From the human T2T-CHM13v2.0 reference genome, Homo sapiens, in assembly GCF_009914755.1 (NCBI RefSeq), contig NC_060935.1: 64,000 nucleotides of DNA. One strand, written 5' to 3'. Under the pieces are notes generated by a model that saw only the letters and a list, made by a program, of their open reading frames with translations, made no database searches and was not told the origin of the DNA. The position numbers were made by a program, and so were the translations under genes. Shown here piece by piece: positions 12,439 through 33,597 of the stretch. Every line of letters starts with the position of its first letter. Positions within the stretch are counted from its first letter, which is position 1.

Positions 12439-15400
12439 GGGGAAAAAATGGCAGACAGGAAGGAGGCAGGACTAACTGGCAGCTCCTACTCAGAGGAACA
12501 GAGCAGCATTTGGAAACCCACGTCATGAACTTTTCTCCAAGAACTACCACAGGTACAACCAGGAAAACTGAGAGAATCCACAGACCATTTGAAGGAGGTG
12601 GAATGCCACTGCAGAATCCATGGGACAGCTGAGGAACTGTGAGTCTGCTTGCTTTCTTAGCTGGGAGGCTTGTAGCCTGTGACAAGTACTCAGCCCTGCT
12701 CACTGGCTGCCTGGAAATAAATTTGGTGCTGTTGGGGGTGTGGGGGCCACAGTGGGAGTGAGACTGGTCTTTTGGGCTGCAGGTGGCATGGGAGCTGGTT
12801 GAGGCCAGTGGCTGCTAGCTTTTCCCCACTTCCCTGGTGACCCGTGTGACCCAGCAGAGACAGCCATAAGTCCCCTGAGAACATAATTCCATTGACCTGG
12901 GAACCACACCCCCAGCCCCCAAAACAAAGCAAGCCCTGCTTAAGGAGAGTCTGAGTTCAGACATGCTTAACCCTGTCCCCACCTGATATCTTTCTCTACC
13001 TGCCCTGGCAGCCAAAGACAAAGGACATATCTCTTGGGAGCTCTATAGCCCTGCCCACCACCTGAGAAACCTGAATACTTATCCAAAGGCTACCCTAGGA
13101 AAAGCTTGTGTCCTCCCTATATAATCACAGCTGATATGCTCTTGAAAGCACCACCTTCTGGCTGGAGGTCAAGCACCACAAAACCAGAGCACTTAAAAAA
13201 GACACAAGCAAGCGCTCATACAGAGAACACTTCACTCCCCTGCTAACTCCACCAGAGTAGGTGCTGGTATCCACAGCTGAGAGACCTGAAGACAGATCAT
13301 ATCACAGGACTCTTTGCAGACACTACCCAGTACCAGCCAGAAGCCTGGTAGCTCCTTTGGGTGGCTAGATCCAGAGGAGAAATAACAATCACTGCAGTTC
13401 AGCTCTCAGGAAGCCCCATCCCTAGGAGAAACGGGAGAGCACCACATCAAGGCAGCACCGCCATGGGACAAAAAAATCGGAACAGAAGCCCTTGAGTCCC
13501 AGATCTTCCTTCTGACAAAGTCTACTCATAAGAAGAAACCACAAAAAAACAATTCTGGTAATATGACAAAACAAGGTTCTCTAATGCCCCCAAAAGATCA
13601 CAATAGCTCATCAGCAATGGATCCAAACCAAGATGAAGTTTCTGAATTGCCAAAATATAAAAAATTAAGAAGGGTAATTACCAAGCCAATCAAGGAGGTA
13701 CCAGAGAAAGGTGAAGTCCAAATAAAAGAAATTTTTAAAAAAGATACAGGATAGGAATGGAAAAATCTCCAGTGAAATACATAGAATAAATAAAAAACAA
13801 TCGCAACTTCTGAAAATCAAGGACACACTTAAAGAAATACAAAATGCACTAAAAAGTCTCAGCAATAGAATTGAACAAGTAGAAGAAAGAACTTCAGAGC
13901 TCAAAGACAAGGCTTTCAAATTAACCCAATCCAACAACAACAAAGAAAAAATAATTTTTTAAAAATGAACAAAGCCTCCAAGAAGTTTGGGATTATGTGA
14001 AACGACCAAACCTAAGAATAACTGATGCTCCCAAGGAAGAAGAGAAATCTAAAAGTTTGGAAAACATATTTGAGGGAATACCTGAGGAAAACTTCCCTGG
14101 TCATGCTAGAGATCTAGACATTCAAATACAAGAAGCTCAAAGAACACCTAGGAAATTAATTGCAAAAAGAGCATCACACAGGCACACAGTCATCAGGTTA
14201 TCTAAAGTCAAGACAAAGGAAAGAGTCTTAAGAGCTACAAGACAAAATCATCAGGTAATGTATAAAGGAAACCCTATCAGATTAACAGCAGTTTTCTTGG
14301 CAGAAACTCCATAATCTAGAAGAAATTAGGGTCATATCTTTAGCCTCCACAAACAAAACAATTATCAGCCAAGAATTTTGTATATCCAGAGAAACTAAGC
14401 TTCATAAATGAAGGAAAGATACAGTCTTTTTCAGACGAACAAATGCTGAGAGAATTCTCCACTACCAAGCCAGCCCTATAAGAATTACTAAAAGGAGCTC
14501 TAAATCTTGAAACAAATCCTTGAAATACACCAAAATAGGATCTCCTTAAGGCATGAATCTCACAGGACCTATAAAGCAACAACACAATGAAAAAAGTACT
14601 CAGGCAACAAACAGTATGATGAATAGAATAGTACCTCACATCTCCATACTAACACTGAATGTAAATGGCCTAAATGCTCCACTTAAAAGATACAAAATGG
14701 CAGAATAATAACTCACCAACCAAGTATCTGCTGTCTTCAAGAAACTCACCTGACACATAACCACTCACATAAACTTAAGGTAAAGGGATGGAAAAAGATA
14801 TTCCATGCAAATGAACACCAAAAGGGAGCAGAAGTAGCTATTCTTACATCAGACAAAACACACTTAAAGCAACAGCAGTTGAAAAAAAAAGGAGAGACAT
14901 TATATTATGATAAAAGGACTAGTCCAACAGGAAAATAGTACAATTCTAAATATATATGCACCTGACATTGGCACTCCCAAATTTATAAAACATTTACTAC
15001 TAGACCTAAGACCTAAGATAGACAGAAACACAATAATAGTGGGGACTTCATTATTCCACTGGCAGCACAAGACAGGCTATCAAGGGAGAAAGTCAACAAA
15101 GAAAGAGTGGACTTAAAGTATACCCTGGAACAAACAGACTTAACAGATATTTACAGAACTTTCTACCCAACAACTGCAGAACAAGTCTCAACAAATTTAA
15201 GAAAATCTAAATTATAGCAAGTATTCTCTCAGACCACAGTGGAAAAAAAATGAAAATAAACACCAAAAGGAACCCTCAAAATCATGCAAATACATAAAAA
15301 TTAAATAATATGCTCCTGAACAATCATTGGGTCAAAAATGAAATCAAGATGGAAATTTAAAAATTCTTTCAACTAAACAATAAGAGTATCAAAACCTATC

Positions 15401-18262
15401 AAAACCTCTTGGATATAACAAAAGCAGTGCTAAGACGAAAGTTCATAGCATTAAATGCCTATATCAAAAAGTGTAAAAGAGCTCAAATAGACAATCTAAG
15501 GTCACACCTCAAGGAACTAGAGAAACAAGAACAAATCAAACCCACACACAGAAGAAGAAAATAAATAACCAAGATCAGAGCAGAACTAAATGAAATTGAA
15601 ACAAAAAACTGCAAATGATATATGAAACAAAAAGCTGGTTCTTTGAAAAGATAAATAAAATTGATAGACTATTAGCAAGATTAACAAAGAAAAGAAGAGA
15701 GAAGATCCAAATAAGCTCAATTAGAGGAAAAACAGGAGATATTGCAACGGATACCACAGAAATACAAAAGATCATTCAAGGCTATTATGAAAACGTTTAC
15801 ATGCATAAACTAGAAAACCTAGAGGACATGGATAAATTCCTGGAAGTATACAAATTCCTCCCAGATTAAACCAGAAAGAAATAGAAACTCTGAACAGGCC
15901 AATAACAAGCAGCAAGACTGAAATGGTAATTTAAAAGTTGCCAACAACAAAAAATAGTCCAGGACCAGATGGACTCACAGCTGAATTATATCAGACATTC
16001 AAGGAATTGGTACCAATCCCATTGGTACTATTCCAAAAGATAAAGAAGGAGGGAATCCTCTCTAAATCATTCTATGAAGCCAGTATCACTAATAGCAAAA
16101 CCAGGAAAGGACATAACCAAAAGAGAAAACTACAGACCAATATCTCTGATGAACATAAATGCAAAAATCCTCAACAAAATACTAGCTAACAGAATCCAAC
16201 AGCTTATGAAAAAGATCATCCACCATGATCAAGTGGATTTCATACCAGAGATGCTGGGATGGTTTAACATCCACAAGCCAATAAATGTGATACACCACAC
16301 AAACAGAACTAAAAACAAAAATCAGATGATCATCTTAACAGATACAGAAAAAGCATTTGACCAAATCCAGCATCTCTTTATGATTAAAATTCTCAGCAAA
16401 ATCAGCATACAAGGGACACACCTTAAGGTAATAAAAGCCATCTATGACAAACCCACAGTGAATAATATACTGACTGGGGAAAAGTTGAAAGCATCCCTGC
16501 TGAGAACTGGACCAAGACAATGATGCCAACTTTCACCACTTCTATTCAACATAGTACTAGAAGCCCTAGCCAGAGCAATGAGACAAGAGAAAGAAATAAA
16601 GGGCATCCAAATTGGTAATGAGGAAGTCAAACTCTCTGTGTTTACTGATGATGTGATTACATACCTAGAAAACCCTAAAGACTCCTCCAGGAAGCTCCTA
16701 GAACTGGCAAATAAATTAAGCAAAGTTTCAGAAAACAAAATTAATGTAAAAAATTAGTGGCTCTGCTATACACCAACAGCGACCAAGTTGAAAATCAAAT
16801 CAAGAACTCAACCCCTTTTACAATACCTGCAAAGAAAATAAAATACTTAGGAATATACTTAAGCAAGGAGGTGAAAGACCTCTGCAAGGAAAACTACAAA
16901 ACATTGCTGTAAGAAATCATATATGACACAAACAAATGGAAACATATCCCATGCTTAAGGATGGGTAGAATCAATATTGTGAAAATGACCATACTGCCAA
17001 AAGCAATCTATGAATTCAATGCAATTCCTATCAAAATACCACCATCATTCTTCACAAAACTAAAAAAAAAAAAAAATCTTAAAATTCATATGGAACCAAA
17101 ATAGTCTGCATAGCCAAAGCAAGACTAAGCAAAGCAAAACAAAGAGGAACATTATATAATGAAAAAGAACAAATCTGGAGGCATCATACTACCTGACTTC
17201 AAACTATACTATAAGGCCATAGTCACCAAAACAACACGGTATTGGTATAAAAACAGGCATATAGACCAATGGAACACAATAGAGAACGCAGAAATAAACT
17301 CAAATACTCACAGTCACCTGATCTTCAACAAAGCAGACAAAATCATAAAGTGGGAAAAGGACACCCTATTCAACAAATGGTGCTGGGATAACTGGCATGC
17401 CACATGTGGAAGAATGAAACTGGATCCTTGTCTCATCTCTCACCTTACACAAAAATCAACTCAAGATGGATCAAAGACTGAAATATAAGAGCTGAAACCA
17501 CAAAAATTCTAGAAGATAACATCGGAAAAACCCTTCTAGACATTGACTTAGGCAAAGACTTGATAACCAAGAACACAAAAGCTGATACAACAAAAACAAA
17601 GATAAGTAGATGGGACTTAATTAAACTAAAAAGCTTTTGCACAGCAATATAAATAATCAGCAGAATTAACAGACAACCCATAGAATAGGAGAAAATCTTC
17701 ACAGTCTATACATCCAACAAACAACTAATATCCACAATCTACAAGAAACTCAAATCAGCAAGAACAAAACAAACAATCCTATCAAAAAGTGGGCAAAGGA
17801 CATGAATAAATAATTCTCAAAAGAAAATATGCAAATGGCCAACAAACATATGAAAAAATGCTCAACATCACTAATTACCAAGGAAATGCAAATCAAAACT
17901 GCAATGTGATACCACCTCACTCCTTCAAGAATGGTCATATTCAAAACACCAAAAAATAATAGTTGTTAGCATGGATGTGGTGAAAAGGAACACTTTTACA
18001 CTGTTGGTGGGAATGTAATACAACTAGTATGGAAAACATTTTGGAGATTCCTTAAAGAACTAAAAGTAAATCAACCATTTGATTCAGCAATCCCACTCCT
18101 GGATATCTACCCAGAGAAAAAGAAGTCATTATATGAAAAAGACACCTGCACACACACGTGTATAGCAGCACAATTTGCAATTGCAAAAAATGGACCAGCC
18201 CAAATGCCCAACAATCAACAAGTGGATAAAGAAAATGTGGTATATATATATATATGGTATGC

Positions 18263-18304
<42 letters not shown>

Positions 18305-18709
18305 TCAGGTTGCAGCAAATGTCATTATTTCATTCCTTTTTATGGCCAAGTGGTATTCTATTATATGTATATAATATGTATGTATATTTTATGTATATAT
18401 GTGGATGGAACTGGAAACCATTATTCTAAGTGAAGTAACTCAGGAATAGAAAAACTAAACATCTTATGTTCTCACTCATAAATGGAAGCTGAGCTATGAG
18501 GATGCAAAGGCATAAAAGTGATACGATGGACATTGGGGACTCAGGAGAAAGGGTGTGAGAGGGATGAAGAATAAAAGACTACACACTGGGTACAGTGTAC
18601 ACTGCTCAGGGGATGGGTGCACCAAAATCTCAGGAATCATCACTGAAGAACTTATTCATGTAACCAAGCTCCACCTGTTCCCCAAAAAAACCTATTGAAA
18701 TATTTTCAC
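12439..18709 (+). mobile_element. Full-length L1PB-type LINE-1 (L1PBa-like 5'UTR, L1PB1/2-like 3' end); ORF1 and ORF2 disrupted
   Basis: 5'UTR, ORF1 remnants (13563-14520), ORF2 remnants and a 3' end ccacctgttccccaaaaaaacctattgaaat. Perfect 14-bp TSD gtggaaaatctaga (12425-12438, 18710-18723). Confidence 0.95.
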
Positions 18710-18847
18710 GTGGAAAATCTAGAAAAAAGAATCTATATATCAGCAGAAGACAGGTTGTCTGCCCTTAACTTCTGTTCCTTTTTATCTTTTTGTTTAAACA
18801 TCTAAATAACTATAAGATGTATATACTTGAAGATATTTTAAAACAAA

Positions 18848-18966
18848 TGAGGTAATATATATGTTAATTAGATTGATTTAGCCATTCCACTATATATCAG
18901 TGTAAATCAACACATCATGTGGTACACCATAAATATATTTCATTTTTATTTGCCAACTTTTTAAAA
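18848..18966 (+). mobile_element. L1MA-type 3' end fragment
   Basis: gaggtaatatatatgttaattagattgatttagccattccac...catcatgtggtacaccataaatata. Confidence 0.75.
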
Positions 18967-19269
18967 GTGAAAGATCTGCTTAAAAAACATTAGTACGTTT
19001 AAAATTTTTAACAAACCAATGAGCATGGCAATAGCCACTTTCAGATAAAAAGAGTAAAGCTTTGGAAGCTAAAGCATCACACAGCAGGTGAGTGACAGCA
19101 AAAGACAACACTGATGTCTGTGCCACCTGCAGCAGATGTCAGGCCCCGACCCTGCCAAAACACACTGAAATGTGTAAACATCTCTGATTTAGCACTAAAG
19201 TTGGTTAGAATAATTGTTGACTTCTCAAAAGACTGAGAAAATGTAACTTAACATTCAGTAAGTATTTTA

Positions 19270-19918
19270 TTAACTCAAGACATTTATTGAGCAATGAATC
19301 ACTGAATAAGGCCCAGCCATTCAAGAATAAAATAAGGCAATTTCCCTATTCTCACAATCTAGGGTGAGACAGATATTATAAAGACAAAAGTGACTCCATC
19401 TCAGATGCTAATCTGCCATGTTGACTTCTGGTTAGCCCCAACACCATGAATGCCTCCTAATTCCTACTTCATTTACTGTTCTTAGTGTAAGAACATGTGA
19501 ACCTTGATGTTACCACACAAATTATAGGTTATGATGAATATAGCATTCTTGCCTGTTCTGCAGGGCTCCAATTAATTGTCTTGCTGGAACATGTATACTT
19601 TTGCACTATGATATATAAGCCCTGGGCCTAAGGAGTAGTACCAGAGATCTACCTGTCTTGCAAATGCCAAAGACCATGCTTCTGTCTGTAAGATCTCCCA
19701 GTGAAACACTCTTACTGACAAACTGGATTTGTCTGCCTCTTTCTTTGTTTATCTGTTCCTTTGGCACTTGGGGACAACTTTGCATAAACAGCCCTTTCAT
19801 GGAACAGGTACATAAACATATAAATGAAAAAAGTGTTAATAAAGATCAGAATGTTAGGATATTTAGGAAGAGCCTCACAGAAGAGTAACATTTAAGCTGG
19901 ATCAAGAAAGATAAGAAG
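19270..19918 (+). mobile_element. L2 fossil (split by the LTR and the L1PA6; continues at ~28147-29340)
   Basis: catttattgagca...ctcacaatctag, and aggaagagcctcacagaagagtaacatttaagctgg. L2-like sequence resumes after the second TSD copy. Confidence 0.55.
19376..19806 (+). mobile_element. ERV1 solo LTR, MER31/MER67-like
   Basis: gtgactccatctcagatgctaatctgccatgttgacttctg start, TATA-like gatatataagccc, end ccctttcatggaaca. Possible 4-bp TSD gata/ggta. Confidence 0.75.
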
Positions 19919-28146
<8,228 letters not shown>

Positions 28147-30159
28147 AAGAAAGATGAGAAGGACATAACAAGCAAATAAGAAGTCAGGTATAGAGGCACA
28201 GAGCATGAAAAGCCTGGCTTTGGGAGAAGAGTCCAGTTGCATATGCCTAGAGTCTAGTGTTTTGTGGGCAGGGTAAGGAAAATGCAACTGGAGATGTATG
28301 ATATCACGTTTTGGAAGGAGAGAGTGGAAACCAACAGAAATCTTTAAGCAGGATGATGGCATGAGCCTCTTTGTTATGGGGGAAGATGCCTCTGGTAGAT
28401 ATGTGAAAGACAGGCTGCAGTGGGAAGAAGCAGTAGTGAAAAGACCAAAAGTGGTAAGCTGTTGTAATATACCACACAAAAGAAGACAGAGGATTGAAAC
28501 AAGACATTGATAGTGAAGACAGAGAGCTAGGGGTAAATTCAAAAGAAGTTTCTAATGTAGAAGGGACAAGATTTGTTAAAATAAGGGTTGTAATAGGTGA
28601 AGCGGGGAGAAGAACCATAGCCACCAAGCCTCTAACTTGCACATTTTAAGTTTGAACTGTTAACATAAGTCTACAGATTTGCAGAGTAGAGGGAAACTTA
28701 ACAAGCTTGAATCATTTTATGAAAAGAGTAGCTCTGGAGACCCTAACCTTGAATGGATTAGAAGATAAGGGTAGGATCCACGTTATGATACTAAGAAGAC
28801 AGAAATACAAGTTTGAGCTCAGGAGAGAGATTAGTATTAGAGAAAAATATCTGGCATCATTGGCATATATAGACATGAAATAGGAGAAAGTAAGGTAACT
28901 CAAGAAGAGTGCACAGAGGTGAATTCAGAAGAGGACCAAAGATGTAGGCCCTAGAAACACTACTACTGAATGGATTAAAAGAAGATTAGCCATCAAAAGA
29001 GAATTAAAAGGAACAAGAATTAATTTATTCCAAATTGTCCAACCACTCTATTCTATTATTATTGATCACCTAATACAGAACAATCATTGTAGGTACCAGG
29101 GAGTAGGGATTATAAAAATTAATATGATAGAGTTTCTGGGCAAGGATTGGGCTCTAATGGGGTTCACAGAAAATTTGAGAGACACTTGCAAAACTGTTGC
29201 ATAGCTGCTACAACAGAAAAACTTACATGGTGGAAGGAGAGTACAGGACAGCACCCATTTAAAGGACAATCAAGAAAAATTATGAAACCAAGAGAAAAGA
29301 GATTATCAAAAAACAGTATCAGCACTGTCAAATGTGATCTCTGCACAGATGTTATTAAAATTTGAATGTTGGTATTTATAGTCTCTATCAAGTTGCTCCT
29401 TCCAGTAAAACATGCTGACTCTTAACCCTCAAAACATTTTTAGTGGTCACTTTACACATTCTATCATAACGTATCACAGAGCAATTGAGGCATGTCTGAG
29501 AGGCTGTGAAAAGGAAAGTAATCGTGTTTTATAACTTATACACTCAAATTAACACTATTTAGACTGCAAAGTGATCCTTGGACAGTCAGGAGGTTCTAGA
29601 AAATCCCTTGAAGTTCCACAGATACTGTATTTTCCCCCCTAGAGTTACAAGAGTGGTGGAAGAGGAAAAACAATGGCTAATATAGTTTTAAAAAATGTTG
29701 CTGAATGACATTCTATTTGGTCAGGCACTGAGCAGGCCCTGAATACCCAGCAAGGCATGTAGTGTGGTTTGACACTGCTAAGTACTATAGATTTGTGCTC
29801 AGTCCCAGCTCTGCCCCTTGCATGCTAGATTTTAATGTTTCATTTTATAAAATGAATGATTTGAATAGAATATTCAACATTTTGTGGCTCAGTGAGCCTA
29901 ACTTGTATGAAGAAAAGATATAGTCTCTAAGGAATAAGCAACTAATAAACAAAAATGTACAACATGGCCAAGAAGTCCTTACGCATAAGATTTTGTCTTC
30001 TGTGAGTTATTTGTTTAATAACAATTTCAGGTAATAACAGTTAAAGACCTAAAAATCACTAAAGAACATAACAGAAAATCAAGGTTTACATGGAGAATGA
30101 ATGAGAACATGCAGATCATTTATAATGAGCACACACATGTATTTTCTGTGTATATTTAA

Positions 30160-30410
30160 AAACAGTTAATGTGCACTGACTGCTTACCATCCACCAGACA
30201 CTATGCTAAATATTCCATACACAATATTACTAATCTCCACAACAACTCAGTGAATTAGGAATTATTATTATTCCCATTTTACAGATTAGAAAGGGGCTTA
30301 GAGAGGTTAAATATTTTGTTCAAGGTTACAAAGCTAATCACTGACAGTAGTAGGTTCTAACACAATTTACCTAAATCCACAGCCCATGTTCTTCACCATT
30401 CCACAATACT
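30160..30410 (-). mobile_element. MIR
   Basis: ccagacactatgctaaat...attattattattcccattttacagat...cttagagaggttaa...caaggttacaaagcta. Confidence 0.75.
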
Positions 30411-31317
30411 ATTTATAAATCATGGTAACTATAAAGAGAGGTGAAAGAAAAGTATTGAATCCAGACATGTACCAACTGATTGAAAATTATGTAAAGTGAA
30501 TCAGAGAAAGTCTCATTAAGGAAATAGATCAGAAGATATGCTTTAAAGTTAGATTATCAAGAGATATTACCATAATACTGATCTAAATAATCCAAAAGTG
30601 TTTCACTTTCATGGAGGAAAAAACTAAGCTAGATATACTCATTTTAAGTCAACAGTTATCATCTAATCACTACAGTAAATTTTACCTCTTATGTCATAGT
30701 GAGTACTGAATTTCCACACAATTTATTCTTCAATTATAGAGTCACACAACTTATACAGAGGGTAGACTGATGGATATCAAACATTGGACTCTGAATGAAA
30801 AGTTTATTCAGGAGACCATTAGACAATTACATCCAAATATGTGTGCCTCTGATAAGAAACCAGGCTGCAATTTAACAAATTCTCTCTGACAGAGACAGCA
30901 GGAGAAAAAAAAAAAGAAGGAAAAAAGGAAGGTATCTGTAGAAGTTAAGATAAATATCACTGAGAAAAGAGAGTCAAGCTTCATGAGAGAATCTCAGAGT
31001 CAGCATTGTAGGGAAGTGGAGGAAATTCTGAAAGGAATTTTTAAAAAAACAGAAAAAGTTAGAATACTGAAAGCACATTCAAAAGCATTGAACGACCTAT
31101 CAAAACTGAATTCTGTTAAAATTTAAGCAGCTGCTGTGGTGTGTCATCATGTTGCTGAGACAGAAGACCCAATTACAACTTTAGTGGCTAAACCATAAAG
31201 ATACGATGACTGGTGAGAGCTGGTAAAAAAAAATGCCGAGAGTCAGAAAAACTATTTGATATAAAGAATTTCTCTTCCTCTGGTATTCAATAATAACACT
31301 CATCAGCATGACTTTTA

Positions 31318-31975
31318 TTCATTCATTCTTTAACAAATATTTATTGAGGCCACTGTTTTGGGTACCAGAAACAGAGTAAGTTAAACAAAACAAAAATCTC
31401 TGCTCCTGCAGAGCTTAGATTCTGGTCCAATAAACCATTTTTCAGTGAAATATATATAGTATAAAAGATGGTGCTAAGAACTATGAGGAAAAATAAAGGA
31501 AGGAAATGAAAATGAGGAACATGGGAGACAAGCCCAAGGGAAATGCATTTTTTAAAAGGAATGAGAGGAAAGGACTCAATAAGCAGATAACGTTTAAGCA
31601 GAAACCTGAAGGAGATAGAGAAAAGAGTCATGGAGATATTGGAGGAAGAATGTAGAATGGCCAGTGCAAAGGCCCTGAGGCAAGAGTATTCTTGGCAGCT
31701 TACAGGAAAAGCCCAATGACCAGTATGCCTAGATTAGAGTGAGAGAACGAAAAATCATAAGAATGAAGTCGAAAGAGTAGTGGAGGTAGAGGGACCAAAT
31801 CATGTATGATGTTTCAGGCCATTATAAGAACTCTAGTTTAACTTAAATGAAATGGAAAAATTTTGCAAAATTTTTAGCAGAGAAGAAACATAATCTTCTA
31901 CATGTTAAAAGGTAGTAAAGGCAAGCCTAGAAGAGAACCAGTTGGAAGGCTAATGGGTATATTCATGAATGCCTT
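31318..31975 (+). mobile_element. L2 (L2a-like) fragment
   Basis: attcattcattctttaacaaatatttattgag..., gcagaaacctgaaggag, gtgcaaaggccctgaggca. Confidence 0.75.
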
Positions 31976-32134
31976 AAAATTGCTATCAATTCTTAAAGAA
32001 TAATGGTTAAAACTTAGGCTCTGGAGTCAAACCTGTGTTCAAACCCTAACTCAACTACATACCCAAGCCTAAATTTCTTCCTACATGAAATAAGAATCCA
32101 AAAAAGAAGTATTAAACAACCAAACAACTGCTGT

Positions 32135-32636
32135 GTGTCAGACCCTGTTCTATCATATCTAATATTAGATTTCCTTCTGAAGTGGACTAGGAGGCAAGAA
32201 TTTGAGTGCAATTTGCTTATTAGGGAAGAACAGGAATCATATCACGGGAGTCACGAAGCAGCACAAGCAGGGAAAGTCAGCCTATGTAGAGTATGTTACC
32301 ACACCAACTACTGCAGTGGACAGCTGAAACTTAATCACACAGAAAAACTCTGGGAAAGAGACTACAACACAGAATTGTCCCACCCAAGAAGCAGGGAGAT
32401 GGAATAATACTTATACTCCAAGTTGAGTCAGCCATGAGTTATAGGCAGCTACAGAGAGGTGTTAATTTCCATGTACTCCAGTCTGTCCCTGTCTTTCATC
32501 AGCAGAATGGCTTTCTGCGGTTCTTGAAAAAGCCCTCAAGCATGGAGAGGCACATATGGCTGTTGGAAGTCTTTTGGAGTACACTGAAACAGGCTGATCT
32601 GAGGGATATGGGTCAGGCACCGACAGCAACTGCTAT
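32135..32636. mobile_element. ERVL solo LTR (LTR33/LTR16-like)
   Basis: ggcaagaatttgagtgcaatttgcttattaggga and terminal gggatatgggtcaggcaccgacagcaactgctata resemble remembered LTR33 features. Confidence 0.55.
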
Positions 32637-33020
32637 ATATCTAGACAAAAAAAAAAGACTGACAGTCTATAACACAAAATGCTAAAAGTATTTATTTCTC
32701 AATAACAAGAATTTTTTGTGTTCTGTATTTTATTTTCTGGGCACCTTTTTATCTTAAAAATTCTGTAACAAATATTTATTATTTATAAAATAAGATTTAA
32801 TATATAATATCTAATATTTATAGAAATCTTTTTTTTGATTTTGGAATTATTTTCTTTTTTTAATTCAAAATACAGAGTTTAATCATAACTTATTGCTGTG
32901 TAACCGTCAGAAAATATAAAACCAGAAATAGTTAAAAGAAATTATCCCTGACATATAACAGAACTGACATTTGGGTGGGCAGAATTGGTATTTATCTTCT
33001 ATTGTAAATTGTTTTGTACT

Positions 33021-33597
33021 ATTATTTTTATTATTATTATTATTATTATACTTTAAGTTTTAGGGTACATGTGCACAATGTGCTGGTTAGTTACATATGT
33101 ATACATGTGACATGCTGGTGCACTGCACCCACTAACTCGTCATCTAGCATTAGGTATATCTCCCAATGCTATCCCTCCCCCCTCCCCCCACCCCACAGCA
33201 GTCCCCAGAGTATGATGTTCCCCTTCCTGTGTCCATGTGTTCTCATTGTTCAATTCCCACCTATGAGTGAGGACATGCGGTGTTTGGTTTTTTGTTCTTG
33301 CGATAGTTTACTGAGAATGATGATTTCCAATTTCATCCATGTCCCTACAAAGGACATGAACTCATCATTTTTTATGGCTACATAGTATTCCATGGTGTAT
33401 GTGTGCCACATTTTCTTAATCCAGTCTATCATTGTTGGACATTTGGGTTGGTTCCAAGTCTTTGCTATTGTGAATAATGCCACAATAAACATACGTGTGC
33501 ATGTGTCTTTATAGCAGCATGATTTATAGTCCTTTGGGTATATACCCAGTAATGGGATGGCTGGGTCAAATGGTATTTCTAGTTCTAGATCCCTGAG
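33021..33597 (-). mobile_element. L1PA2-like 3' fragment (~580 bp) with (TAA)n tail
   Basis: Minus strand reads cctaatgctagatgacgagttagtgggtgc. ORF2 C-terminal 116-aa frame at 33250-33600. Confidence 0.93.

Noticed and set aside
19035-19095. Plus-strand exon-like signals (ctttcag ... cag|gtgagt)
   Set aside because: Both signals fall in what looks like a decayed MIR core, and there is no other support.
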